This document shows positions 17,522-26,649 of a stretch of 64,000 nt of DNA, piece after piece (position 1 is the stretch's first letter; each line of letters opens with the position of its first letter). The DNA is taken from contig BTVJ01000036.1 of the NCBI GenBank assembly GCA_045863395.1, forward strand, positions 8,856 through 72,855, given 5' to 3'. The position numbers and the translations under genes are program-made. Under the pieces are notes generated by a model. The model was not told where the DNA came from, did no database searches, and saw nothing but the letters and a program-made list of their open reading frames with translations. Source of the DNA: Myxococcales bacterium. Its GTDB lineage: Bacteria > Myxococcota_A > UBA9042 > JABWCM01 > BTVJ01.

Positions 17522-18745
17522 ATGTTGACCGGCCCCCTGGGACTGCTCGCCCTGGTGTGCGTCTGGCTCGTGGGCCACGCCGTGGTCGTGCGCCTGGACG
17601 GCAGGGGAGTGCCCGTTCGCGGCGTCGAGTACGTGGCGGCGGGTCTCCTGGCCTCCCTGCTCTCCGTCGGGGCGGACGGCCCGACGCTCGCGGGGGCCCT
17701 GGCCCCGCTGCTCGCAGTCATCCTCGTGGTGGTCGGGCTGGAGGTGGGCCTGAGGTTCCGCTTGCGCGCCCTGGCCGAGCTGCGCGCAGACGCCTTCCAA
17801 GGGGCGGCGCTGCTGGCGGGAGTGACGCTGCTGCTGGTGGGCGGCGCCACCATCGCGACCCTGGTCTGGCTCGGCCGCCACGACGCCCTGGAGATCGGCG
17901 CCGTGACCCTCGCGCTCGGCTCGGCCGCCATACCGAGCGCGTCCCGCACCCTGGCCTCGCTCATCCGAAGGACTCGCGCCTCCGGCTGGATGTCCGAGAT
18001 GCTCGTCGCCGTGAGCTGGCTGTGCGAGGTGATCGCCGTGCTGCTCTACGGCCTCCTGTTCTGCGTCATGCACGCGGGGACGGTCAAGCTCGGCCGCCCA
18101 CTGACGGGCGTCGAGTGGGCCGTGCTCTCCCTCGTGCTCGGGGCCGGGCTCGGGGCGGTCACGGCCGCGCTCATGGGCAACGACCGAGACCCGGACCGCC
18201 TCCTCGTCGTGCTCGTGGGCATGGGGCTCCTCCTGGCTGGCTCGGCGTGGTTCCTGAACCTGAGCCCCCTGTTCCTGGGCACGGTCGCGGGCATGGCCAT
18301 CGCCAACCTGTCTCCGGGGAGGGAGCGGCTCCTGGATCTGACGGGCCTCCTGGCCAGACCGCTGGTGCCGGTCCTCGGCTTCTTCGCGGCGGCACTGTGG
18401 GCGCTCCCGACCGCCGCGGAGTGGGTCCTGGTCGCGGCCTTCCTGGTGTCGCGCCTGCCGGCCCGCTGGCTCGGGGGGGTGCTCGTAGAGGCCGCCTCGA
18501 CCCACCCGGCGGCGGACACCCGGGGCATGGGGCGGGGCTTCGTCTCACAAGGAGCGCTCTCCGTGGGCATGGCCCTCGGCTTCCACCAGGCCTTCCCGCA
18601 CATCCACGGCGCCGCCGTCCTCACGGCGGTGCTGCTGGGCGCGGCGCTGTCGGCGGTCCGGGAGGAGAGGCTGGCCCGGGACCTGCTGGTGGACGCAGGA
18701 GACATCCCCCTGGAGCTCGCGCCGGGCACGGAGGCACCCGCATGA
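17522..18745 (+). CDS. Cation:proton antiporter (CPA/Kef-like) membrane protein
   Basis: About 12 hydrophobic segments; VGLEVGLRFRLRAL, LNLSPLFLGTVAGMAIAN and GRGFVSQGALSVGMAL motifs. Stop overlaps the trkA start (ATGA). Confidence 0.7.
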   Translation: MLTGPLGLLALVCVWLVGHAVVVRLDGRGVPVRGVEYVAAGLLASLLSVGADGPTLAGALAPLLAVILVVVGLEVGLRFRLRALAELRADAFQGAALLAGVTLLLVGGATIATLVWLGRHDALEIGAVTLALGSAAIPSASRTLASLIRRTRASGWMSEMLVAVSWLCEVIAVLLYGLLFCVMHAGTVKLGRPLTGVEWAVLSLVLGAGLGAVTAALMGNDRDPDRLLVVLVGMGLLLAGSAWFLNLSPLFLGTVAGMAIANLSPGRERLLDLTGLLARPLVPVLGFFAAALWALPTAAEWVLVAAFLVSRLPARWLGGVLVEAASTHPAADTRGMGRGFVSQGALSVGMALGFHQAFPHIHGAAVLTAVLLGAALSAVREERLARDLLVDAGDIPLELAPGTEAPA

Positions 18746-20100
18746 ACATCGTGGTCGCCGGGATGGGGGAGGTGGGGCGCTACATCGCGTCGCGGCTGAT
18801 CCGCGACGGGCACGACGTCACGGTCATCGACGCGCGGAGCGACGCGGTTGCCCGCGCCGAGGAGACGCTGGACGTGCTCTCCGTGCGCGGCCACGCGGCC
18901 AACGCCGCCAGCCTGCGCGCGGCCCGCGTTGATCGGGCCGACCTGTTCATCGGGGTCACGGACCGGGGCGAGGTCAACATGATCTCCTGCCTGCGGGCCA
19001 AGATGCTCGGCTGCAAGAAGACCTTCGCGCGGGTGCAGGAGCGCGACTACTTCGAGGACGAGCGCGGCGTCTACACGGACATGTTCGGCATCGACCTGGT
19101 GATCAACCCCACCTTCCTGCTCGCCCAGGAGATCCACAAGCTGATCCGTACCCAAGGGGCGGTGGCGGTGGAGGACTTCGCCGACAACCAGATCGAGATG
19201 GTCCAGATCGCGGTGGACATGGACGCGGCCCCCATCGGCCGCCCCCTCCGCGAGCTGCGCCTGCCGGCGGGCACGCTGGTCGCGGGGGTGCTGCGCCGCG
19301 ACGAGCTGATCATCCCCCACGGCGGCGACGTGCTGCTCTACAACGACCAGGTGCTCGCCATCGGGCGCATCGAGGAGATCCCCAAGCTGGAGCACATGTT
19401 CGGTCGGGACCGCGACCGCATGAACCGCCGCACCTTCATCATGGGGGGTGGCGAGACCGGCCTGTCGCTGGCGCTGACCCTGTGCGCGGAGGGCACGGAC
19501 GTGGTGCTCATCGAGCCCTCCCGGGAGAAGGCCCAGGCCCTGGCGGAGAAGCTGCCGCGCGCCACCGTGCTCCACGGCGACGGGACCGACGTGCACATGC
19601 TCGAGGAGGAGGGCATCCACCGCTGCGACGTCTTCGCCGCCGTCGGCGCCGTGGACGAGCACAACCTCATGGCCGCGCTCCTCGCCAAGGACCTCGGGGC
19701 GGCGCGATGCATCACGCTGGTCAACCGCCCCGACTACATCAACGTCTGTGGGCGCCTGGGGCTGGAGGCCACGCTGAGCCCCCGGCTCGTCGTCGCGCGC
19801 GAGGTCCTGCGCCACCTCCCCAAGGGCCAGGTGCTGACGACGACCCCGGTGCTGGGCGGTCGGGGCCTGTTCGTGGAGATTCGGGTCGGCGAGAGCTCGC
19901 GTATGGCCGGGAGGCCCCTCCGAGACGTCCAGTTCCCCCGCGGCGCCCTGCTGTGCGCCGCGTTCGCCACCGGCGGCGGCGCCTTCATCCCGAACGGCGA
20001 CACGGTGCTCCAGCCCGACTGGCGCGCCGTCGCGTTCTGCCGCCCCGCCATGCTGCCCGCCGTCCAGCGCCTCTTCGAGCCGCGCTGGCTGGCGGTCTGA
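18742..20100 (+). CDS. trkA: Trk system K+ transporter regulatory subunit
   Basis: MNIVVAGMGEVG; two RCK-N/RCK-C pairs (IMGGGETG; LHGDGTD..LEEEGI). True start is ATG 18742 rather than 16207. Confidence 0.93.
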   Translation: MNIVVAGMGEVGRYIASRLIRDGHDVTVIDARSDAVARAEETLDVLSVRGHAANAASLRAARVDRADLFIGVTDRGEVNMISCLRAKMLGCKKTFARVQERDYFEDERGVYTDMFGIDLVINPTFLLAQEIHKLIRTQGAVAVEDFADNQIEMVQIAVDMDAAPIGRPLRELRLPAGTLVAGVLRRDELIIPHGGDVLLYNDQVLAIGRIEEIPKLEHMFGRDRDRMNRRTFIMGGGETGLSLALTLCAEGTDVVLIEPSREKAQALAEKLPRATVLHGDGTDVHMLEEEGIHRCDVFAAVGAVDEHNLMAALLAKDLGAARCITLVNRPDYINVCGRLGLEATLSPRLVVAREVLRHLPKGQVLTTTPVLGGRGLFVEIRVGESSRMAGRPLRDVQFPRGALLCAAFATGGGAFIPNGDTVLQPDWRAVAFCRPAMLPAVQRLFEPRWLAV

Positions 20101-20107
20101 GGCACCG

Positions 20108-21556
20108 ATGAGCTTCCGCCAGGTCTTCCGGCTCCTGGGCGTCCTGATCGGGGTCCAGGGGGCCTTGATGCTGGTCCCCGCCGTGTGGTCCGCCTGGGCC
20201 GGCGAGCGGGACAGCGCCTGGGCGCTCGGCGCAGCGGCGGCCATCACCATGACGGTGGGCGGCGTCGGGGTCTACGCCGGCCGCCGGACGCGGGGACGGG
20301 ACCTGCACCGGCGCGAGGCCCTGCTCACCGTCGCCCTCGGGTGGATCGGCGCCTCGGCGGCCGGCGCCCTCCCCTACCTGCTGGACGGCGCGTTCACGTC
20401 GTTCGTGGACGCCTTCTTCGAGACGGCGAGCGGACTGACCACCACCGGCTCCACCGTGATGACGAGCATCGAGGACAAGGGGCGCGGGGTGCTCCTGTGG
20501 CGCTCGCTCACCCAGTGGACGGGGGGGATGGGCATCGTGGTGCTGTTCATCGCCATCTTCCCGGAGCTGGGCGTCGGGGGGAAGCACCTGTTCCGCTCCG
20601 AGGTCCCCGGGCCCATCACGGAGGGCCTGCGCCCCAAGATCCGCGAGACGTCGTCCGCGCTCTGGCGCATCTACCTGACGCTCACCGCGGCCTGCGCAGG
20701 GCTCCTCCTGCTCGCCGGACTGGATGGCTACGACGCCGTCAACCACGCGCTGACGACCATGGCCACCGGCGGCTTCTCGACCCGAGACGCCAGCATCGCG
20801 GCGTATGACAGCCCTCTCGTCGATGGCGTCACGACGGTCTTCATGGTCTTCGCGGGGATCAACTTCTCTCTTTATTACGCCACCATTCGAGGGGGGGGCA
20901 GGCAGGCCCTGGGCGACCGGGAGCTGCGGGCCTACCTGGTGCTCCTGCTCGTCGCGACCCTCCTCGTCACGCTGGACATCCTGCCCCGCCACCAGGAGCT
21001 GGACCGGGCCTTCCGCTTCGCCGTGTTCCAGGTCGCGTCGGTGATGACCACCACGGGCTTCGCCACCGACGACTTCGACGTCTACCCGAGCTTCTCGCGG
21101 CTCCTGCTGGTCGCCCTGATGTTCGTGGGGGGGTGCGCCGGGTCCACGGCGGGAGGCATGAAGGTCTACCGCTTCATCGTGCTCGCGAAGGCGTCGGTCG
21201 CGGAGATCCAGAAGGTCTTCCGCCCGCAGGCCGTGCTCCCGGTCCGGGTCGGGGGCTTCGTGGTGCCTGAGGACACCGTCCGCGCGGTGCTCGGCTTCTT
21301 CGTGCTCAACCTGGCGATCTTCCTCGCGGCGAGCCTCTACATGGCCTGGCTCGGCCTCGACGTCGTCTCCGCGACGACGTCGGTGGCAGCGACCCTCTAC
21401 AACATCGGCCCGGGCCTCGCGCAGGTCGGGGCCATCCAGAACTTCGCCCTCGTCCCTGACAGCGGGAAGGTCCTGCTGTCCGCCTGCATGATCCTTGGAC
21501 GGCTGGAGCTCATGACGCTGCTCGTGCTGATGCTCCCCGCCTTCTGGAGGCGGTAG
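20108..21556 (+). CDS. trkH: Trk system K+ uptake membrane protein
   Basis: Four P-loop filter motifs (TTTGST, ATGGFS, TTTGFA, YNIGPG), GGCAGSTAGGMK and MILGRLE. Confidence 0.95.
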   Translation: MSFRQVFRLLGVLIGVQGALMLVPAVWSAWAGERDSAWALGAAAAITMTVGGVGVYAGRRTRGRDLHRREALLTVALGWIGASAAGALPYLLDGAFTSFVDAFFETASGLTTTGSTVMTSIEDKGRGVLLWRSLTQWTGGMGIVVLFIAIFPELGVGGKHLFRSEVPGPITEGLRPKIRETSSALWRIYLTLTAACAGLLLLAGLDGYDAVNHALTTMATGGFSTRDASIAAYDSPLVDGVTTVFMVFAGINFSLYYATIRGGGRQALGDRELRAYLVLLLVATLLVTLDILPRHQELDRAFRFAVFQVASVMTTTGFATDDFDVYPSFSRLLLVALMFVGGCAGSTAGGMKVYRFIVLAKASVAEIQKVFRPQAVLPVRVGGFVVPEDTVRAVLGFFVLNLAIFLAASLYMAWLGLDVVSATTSVAATLYNIGPGLAQVGAIQNFALVPDSGKVLLSACMILGRLELMTLLVLMLPAFWRR

Positions 21557-24500
21557 ATGCGGCGGCTGCTGATCGTAGCCGGGCTCCTCGCGCTTCCGCT
21601 GTTGGCGCCGTGGTTCGTGCCGGGCCGGACGCTGGGGGCGGACGGCGCCGCGGTAGGAGCCCTCGGGCTCCTGCTGCTGGCGGCGTTCGTCGCGGCGGAG
21701 CTGACGGCCGCCGCACGGGCTACGCGGGTGATGGGCGCGGTGCTGGCGGGCCTGCTGCTCGGACCCGCCGGCCTGGTCGTCACCGAAGCGCAGGCAGACC
21801 TGGAGCCGCTGCGCGACCTGGCTGGCGGGCTGCTCGCCCTGCTCGCGGGAGCGACCGTGCCGCTGCGAGGCGGGCGCCGGTGGGTGATCGCGGCGACGCA
21901 GATCGTGGCCTGCCTCCTGATCCTCGGGCCGCTCACTGCCACGCTGGCTCCGGCGCTGCCCTCGTTCACCGGCGCCACGCCGGGCGTGCTGGCGCTGGCT
22001 GGCCTGCTCGGGGCGCTGGTCCTCTCCTTCGACTCCCCTCTCGCGACGGTCGCTGCGCGCCTGGAGCTGCGCGCCACCGGCAAGGTCTCCGACGCGGCCC
22101 AGGCCCTGTCCGTGGGGCGCACCACCGGCGCCGCCGCTCTGTGCCTGGTCGCGCTCGGTGCCGTGCGCATCGGGGCCGAGCCAGAGGGGCTCGGCTGGGC
22201 CACGTCCCTCGCCGTGACGGCCGGAGGGGCCGTCGCCGCCGCCGGGATCATCTCCCTGTGGCTCCACCGGACGAGCGGTGAGCTCGTCGTCCTGCTGGTA
22301 GGCGCCCTGGGCGCCGCTGCCGCTGCCCGCCTGGGCGGGGCCGACCCGGTGCTCATGCTCCTGCTGACCGGCCTCCTGGTCCGCGCATGGTGCCCTGAGC
22401 ACGAGGTCCTCGCCCACCTGGCGGAGCGGGCGTCCTATCCGGCGGCCCTCGTGCTGTTCGCCCTGGCAGGCGCGACCGTGGACACGTCCCGTCTGCCAGC
22501 GCTCGGGGCCCTCGCCGCGACCCTGGCCGCGGTGCGTGTCCTGGTGCTGCTCTCCTCGACGATGCTCGCGGCCCGCGCGACCCAGCGCCTGCCGGCCCGC
22601 GCGCTCGCAGGCACCCAGCTCAGCGCGGGGGTGCTGGCCATTGGCGCTGCCGGAGGCGTCGCCGCCCTTCCCGTCCCCTGGGCGGCGGATCTCGGCGCCC
22701 TGCTGGCCTTGACGGCGGCCATCGGGCTCCTGACGGGCCTGCCGGTGTTGCGGGCGGCCCTGGATCGGGCGGGCGAGACCGAGCGGGCGCGGCGAGCCCA
22801 GCGGCGGACGGAGCAGACGGAGCCCGACGAGAGGGCGACGGCGCCGCACGCGGCCGGGCGCCCGGCGATCCCGGAGCCCGAGGGGCTGCACCCCAACCTG
22901 GATCGCATCCTTGCCGAGCTGCGCAACCGCCTGTTCGACATCCACGAGCGCTTCGTCACGGACGTTCTGGACGAGCGCCTCCACGACGCGCGGCGGCTGG
23001 CGGGGACCCTGCGGGGCCTCGCGGAGGCGCGCCTCGTCCAGCTCGAAGACGAGGTCATGGCTGCTCAGGACGCGGAGCAGCGCGACACCCACCTGCGCCG
23101 CGCGGCCGAGGAGATCGCCCGCGACTGGCGGGACGCGGTGGCCTGGCACGCGGCCTCGCTCCAGGAGCGGGGACCGGAGACCGGCCCGCTCCTCGCTCTG
23201 GTCCGCTCGGTGGAGGACCTGGTGCTGTCCATGCCGCCCGTGCGCATCCCCATCCGGGACGCGGCGTTCGAGCGCCTGCCCGACGACCCGGTCCGCGTGC
23301 GCCTGCGCAAGCTGGCGGGGAGGCTGCGGATCCGGCTCGGGGCCAGGCTCCGCCGCCGCCTGCTGCTCCGCGAGGTGCCGCTCGCCCGCCTCGGCCGCGT
23401 CGCGCTGAGCGGCCCGCTGCCCCTGGAGATCGAGCGGACGGTCGCACCCTTCCTGGGCCACCGCACCGTGCGCCTCTGGCAGCTCCTCGTCGAGGCCCAC
23501 GAGGACCTGGGGCAGCGCCTGCAGAACGCCGAGGGGACGCAGGCCGGCGGCACCATCCCGCACACCCGCGAGGCCGTCCGCGGGGAGCTGGACGCCCTCG
23601 TCCAGGATCTGGAGACCTACCGAGACGAGATCGCGGACCGGATGCTCCTCGCCCTGGGCTCTGGGTTCGCCGAGCTGCTGCGCCTGGCCGCCATCGCGGG
23701 GACGCCGCTCCTGCCCCGGCGCGAGACCGACCCGTCTCGCATCTGGGAGTCGAACCGCCAGGCGCGCGACGCCATCTCGGACTCCCTGGACCGCTGGTGG
23801 CTCGCTGCGCGCGGCGCGAGCGGCGCGCTGATGCTCCGCCTGGACGTCGCGGCCATGCGCCGTGGCGCGCTCACGCGCACGACGGAGGCCGCGACGCGCC
23901 TGCGCGGCACGGTGGGGCGGACACTCCTGCGGCAGCCGCGCCGTCTCCTCACCGAATGCACGGCCCAGCGAAACCGCCTGGACGCGACGCTCACACCCGG
24001 TGGTACGAGGGCGGCCATGCAGCAGGCGCTGGATGGCGCCCGGGACGTCCTGGTCGCAGCCGCCGACACGGCAGAGCTGGAGCGCATCCGTGACCAGGGT
24101 GGCCTCCACGGGCTGCTGGCCGAGGTGCACCGAAACCTGCGCCTGCTGTGCGACAAGCTCCCGCCCACCGTGGACGTCCTGCCACCCAACGGTGAGTTCG
24201 GGCCCGACGTCCCACCGACCGCCACGACACTCGCCCCGTTCCCCCTGCGCGACGTGGCGATGACGCTGTTCGGGCAGCACGCCGCGGCGCGGCTGGCCAG
24301 CGTGGAGCCGTCCATCGAGCGGGGGGTGGAGAGCACCTTCATGGTGCTCGTCGATGGCGCCAACACGGTGCGCTTCCACCTGGACGCCGCCATCGCGGAG
24401 CTGGGGCAGGCGGCCGAGGACGCGCCGGTGCCCGAAGACGTGTTGCAGACCGCTCGGGACTTCGCGCTCGGCGGCATCGAGCGCACGGCGGACAACGTCG

Positions 24501-25876
24501 AGGCCTTCGCTGAGGCCGTCGGCGCCGAGCTGGACGTCCACGTGCGCGACATCGAGCGGGTCCTCTCCGACGCCGTGGACCGCCTGAGCGCCATCGTCCG
24601 GCGCTGCGACCCGCGGGAGGCGACCGTGCTCCTGGGCGGGGGGGAGGCGCCCCCAGCCGCCGAGGAGCGCCCGGGTCCCGTCCAGCGCCTGCGGGCAGCC
24701 CTGGCGCGCCGACCGACCACGCGCCACCTGGCGCGACGCATTGGCGAACGCATCGGCCTCGCTCCCGCCGCGGAGGTGCTCCTCGGTGCCGCAGAGGCCA
24801 ACCTCACGGACGGGGCTCCGCCAGGCATCCCGGAGACCTACGCCCGCCTGTTCCTCCCCGCCCCGGTGGGCATGGAGACCCTCTTCGTGCCCCGCCCGGA
24901 GGAGATGGCCACCCTGGAGGCGGCGGTGAAGAGGTGGCTCGGCGACCAGCCGACAGCGGTGCTCATCGCGGCGCCGGCCGGGATCGGACGCAGGAGCCTG
25001 CTGGAGCGGGCCCTGCGGACCACGCTCTCGGAGTTCCCGTCGCAGCGACGCCGCATCGGCGCGCGCGTGACGTCCGAGCGAGACGCCCTGCGGGAGCTGA
25101 GCCGCCTGGTCGGGAGCCAGCGCGATCTGTCGGAGGAGGAGCTGCGGGCCAAGCTCAGCTCGGCGGGCCGCACGGTCCGCGTGGTCGAGGACGCCCACCG
25201 CCTCTACCTGCCGCATCCAGCGACCCTGGGAGGAATGGAGCGGTTTCTGAGCGCCCTGGCCGAATCGGGTCCCCACGTTCTGTGGATCGTCACCGTGGAG
25301 GCCCACGCCCGCGCGCAGCTCGACATCCTCCTGCGCTTCTCTGACGTGTTCACCCACGTCATCGAGATGCGGGCGTTCGACCGCGCCGCCACCGAACGGC
25401 TGGTCATGGCGCGCCACCACGTGAGCGGCGCCGGGCTCCGCTTCCTGCCTCCGTCCGGGCGGCGCCGGACCCAGGAGCAGCTCCAGCGCGCCCTGTTCGA
25501 TGGCCTCTACAGAGGCTCGGGTGGCCACCCGACGCTGGCCCTCTTCCTGTGGCTGCGGGCCCTGCGGCGGTGGGACGAGGAGGGGAGCGTCGTCGAGGTC
25601 GCGGTCACCGACCCGCCTCGCTTCGACTTCCTCGGGCGCCTGGAGTGGGAGCGCCTCCTGGACCTGAAGCGCCTCCTGCTGTTCGGCGCGATGACCCCGG
25701 CGGGCTTCGCGATGGCCCACCGGGTGCCGGTCCCGGACGCGGAGATGCGCCTGCGCGCCCTGGAGCGGGCGGCGCTGGTGCGCCAGGAGCGCGTGGGCCA
25801 CGAGGTGCGGTTCTCGCTCAACGCCGTGCTCGTCCACCCGCTGACGCTGCTGCTGGAGGAGAGGAACCTGCTGTGA
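21557..25876 (+). CDS. 1439-aa fusion: N-terminal CPA-like membrane domain, long helical region, degenerate P-loop NTPase and C-terminal winged helix
   Basis: First ~400 aa are multi-TM (LVLFALAGATVD; LSAGVLAIGAA). Then an amphipathic helical region, LFVPRPEEMATLEAAVKRW..AVLIAAPAGIGRRSLL (Walker A-like), VVEDAHRL (Walker B-like), SGGHPTLALFLW and a wHTH-like end. Confidence 0.75.
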   Translation: MRRLLIVAGLLALPLLAPWFVPGRTLGADGAAVGALGLLLLAAFVAAELTAAARATRVMGAVLAGLLLGPAGLVVTEAQADLEPLRDLAGGLLALLAGATVPLRGGRRWVIAATQIVACLLILGPLTATLAPALPSFTGATPGVLALAGLLGALVLSFDSPLATVAARLELRATGKVSDAAQALSVGRTTGAAALCLVALGAVRIGAEPEGLGWATSLAVTAGGAVAAAGIISLWLHRTSGELVVLLVGALGAAAAARLGGADPVLMLLLTGLLVRAWCPEHEVLAHLAERASYPAALVLFALAGATVDTSRLPALGALAATLAAVRVLVLLSSTMLAARATQRLPARALAGTQLSAGVLAIGAAGGVAALPVPWAADLGALLALTAAIGLLTGLPVLRAALDRAGETERARRAQRRTEQTEPDERATAPHAAGRPAIPEPEGLHPNLDRILAELRNRLFDIHERFVTDVLDERLHDARRLAGTLRGLAEARLVQLEDEVMAAQDAEQRDTHLRRAAEEIARDWRDAVAWHAASLQERGPETGPLLALVRSVEDLVLSMPPVRIPIRDAAFERLPDDPVRVRLRKLAGRLRIRLGARLRRRLLLREVPLARLGRVALSGPLPLEIERTVAPFLGHRTVRLWQLLVEAHEDLGQRLQNAEGTQAGGTIPHTREAVRGELDALVQDLETYRDEIADRMLLALGSGFAELLRLAAIAGTPLLPRRETDPSRIWESNRQARDAISDSLDRWWLAARGASGALMLRLDVAAMRRGALTRTTEAATRLRGTVGRTLLRQPRRLLTECTAQRNRLDATLTPGGTRAAMQQALDGARDVLVAAADTAELERIRDQGGLHGLLAEVHRNLRLLCDKLPPTVDVLPPNGEFGPDVPPTATTLAPFPLRDVAMTLFGQHAAARLASVEPSIERGVESTFMVLVDGANTVRFHLDAAIAELGQAAEDAPVPEDVLQTARDFALGGIERTADNVEAFAEAVGAELDVHVRDIERVLSDAVDRLSAIVRRCDPREATVLLGGGEAPPAAEERPGPVQRLRAALARRPTTRHLARRIGERIGLAPAAEVLLGAAEANLTDGAPPGIPETYARLFLPAPVGMETLFVPRPEEMATLEAAVKRWLGDQPTAVLIAAPAGIGRRSLLERALRTTLSEFPSQRRRIGARVTSERDALRELSRLVGSQRDLSEEELRAKLSSAGRTVRVVEDAHRLYLPHPATLGGMERFLSALAESGPHVLWIVTVEAHARAQLDILLRFSDVFTHVIEMRAFDRAATERLVMARHHVSGAGLRFLPPSGRRRTQEQLQRALFDGLYRGSGGHPTLALFLWLRALRRWDEEGSVVEVAVTDPPRFDFLGRLEWERLLDLKRLLLFGAMTPAGFAMAHRVPVPDAEMRLRALERAALVRQERVGHEVRFSLNAVLVHPLTLLLEERNLL

Positions 25877-26643
25877 CTCCCTTGGGACCATCCACCGGCA
25901 CGCTCGCCATCGCGCTCACCCAGGCGGAGATCGACGTGGCCGAGCTGCTGCTCGTCGTCCTCTCCGTGGGGGCCGTACTGGCAGGCGCCTTTGCCCTGAG
26001 CGCCCGGCTGGCGCGGGAGGGGGCCGCCCGCAGGGAGCGCCGGGTGCTGGCCGGTGTGCGCGTCGGCGTGTGGGTCCTCGCGGGCCTCTCGAGCGCAGCG
26101 CTGGTCGCCGCCCTGGCCCCGGGGGGCGTCCCGCTCCTGGTGCTGGCGCTGCTGCTCGCCCTGGCGCTTGCGTCGGTGGACGCCCTGCGAAACGCCGTCG
26201 CGGGCGCGATCCTGGCGGTCCGCCGACCCTTCCGGGTCGGGGATCTGGTGGTCATCGGGGACACGGCCGGCTTGGTGCGACGGGTGGGTCTCCTGACCGT
26301 CGAGCTGGAGACCGACGACCAGAGCGTCATCGAGGTCCCGACCCGCCGGATCCTCGAGGTGGCCGTCCGGCACCCGCGCCCGACGACGCGGCGCGGGGTC
26401 CCCGTGTCCCTGATCTACCCGCTGCCCCCCGCGGCGGACCCCCGCAAGGCACGCCAGGCCGCGCTCGCGGCGGCCATCCTCTCCCGGTACGCCGCCCCCC
26501 ACCGCGCCCCCACGGTGGTCCTGCTGCCGCCCGACCCCACGACGACCACCTGGCGCCTCCACATCCAGGGCGCCGCCTTCGACCCGGCCCACACGGCGGC
26601 GTGGCAGAGCGACGTCACGGACCTGCTGCGCGACTCGCTCTGA
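25873..26643 (+). CDS. MscS-family mechanosensitive channel
   Basis: Three TMs, then LRNAVAGAILAVRRPFRVGDLVVIGDTAGLVRRVGLLTVEL..IEVPT. GTG start overlaps the upstream TGA. Confidence 0.88.
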   Translation: MTPLGPSTGTLAIALTQAEIDVAELLLVVLSVGAVLAGAFALSARLAREGAARRERRVLAGVRVGVWVLAGLSSAALVAALAPGGVPLLVLALLLALALASVDALRNAVAGAILAVRRPFRVGDLVVIGDTAGLVRRVGLLTVELETDDQSVIEVPTRRILEVAVRHPRPTTRRGVPVSLIYPLPPAADPRKARQAALAAAILSRYAAPHRAPTVVLLPPDPTTTTWRLHIQGAAFDPAHTAAWQSDVTDLLRDSL

Positions 26644-26649
26644 CCACGA

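Noticed and set aside
16207..18741. Apparent 845-aa N-terminal extension of TrkA
   Set aside because: TrkA homology starts at ATG 18742. The extension overlaps two real genes in other frames.
19985..25891. 1968-aa - strand ORF, and similar long Arg/Pro/Gly-rich ORFs such as 28204-32046, 54777-57470 and 40825-43374
   Set aside because: They overlap well-supported genes, mostly on the opposite strand, and have no motifs of their own.
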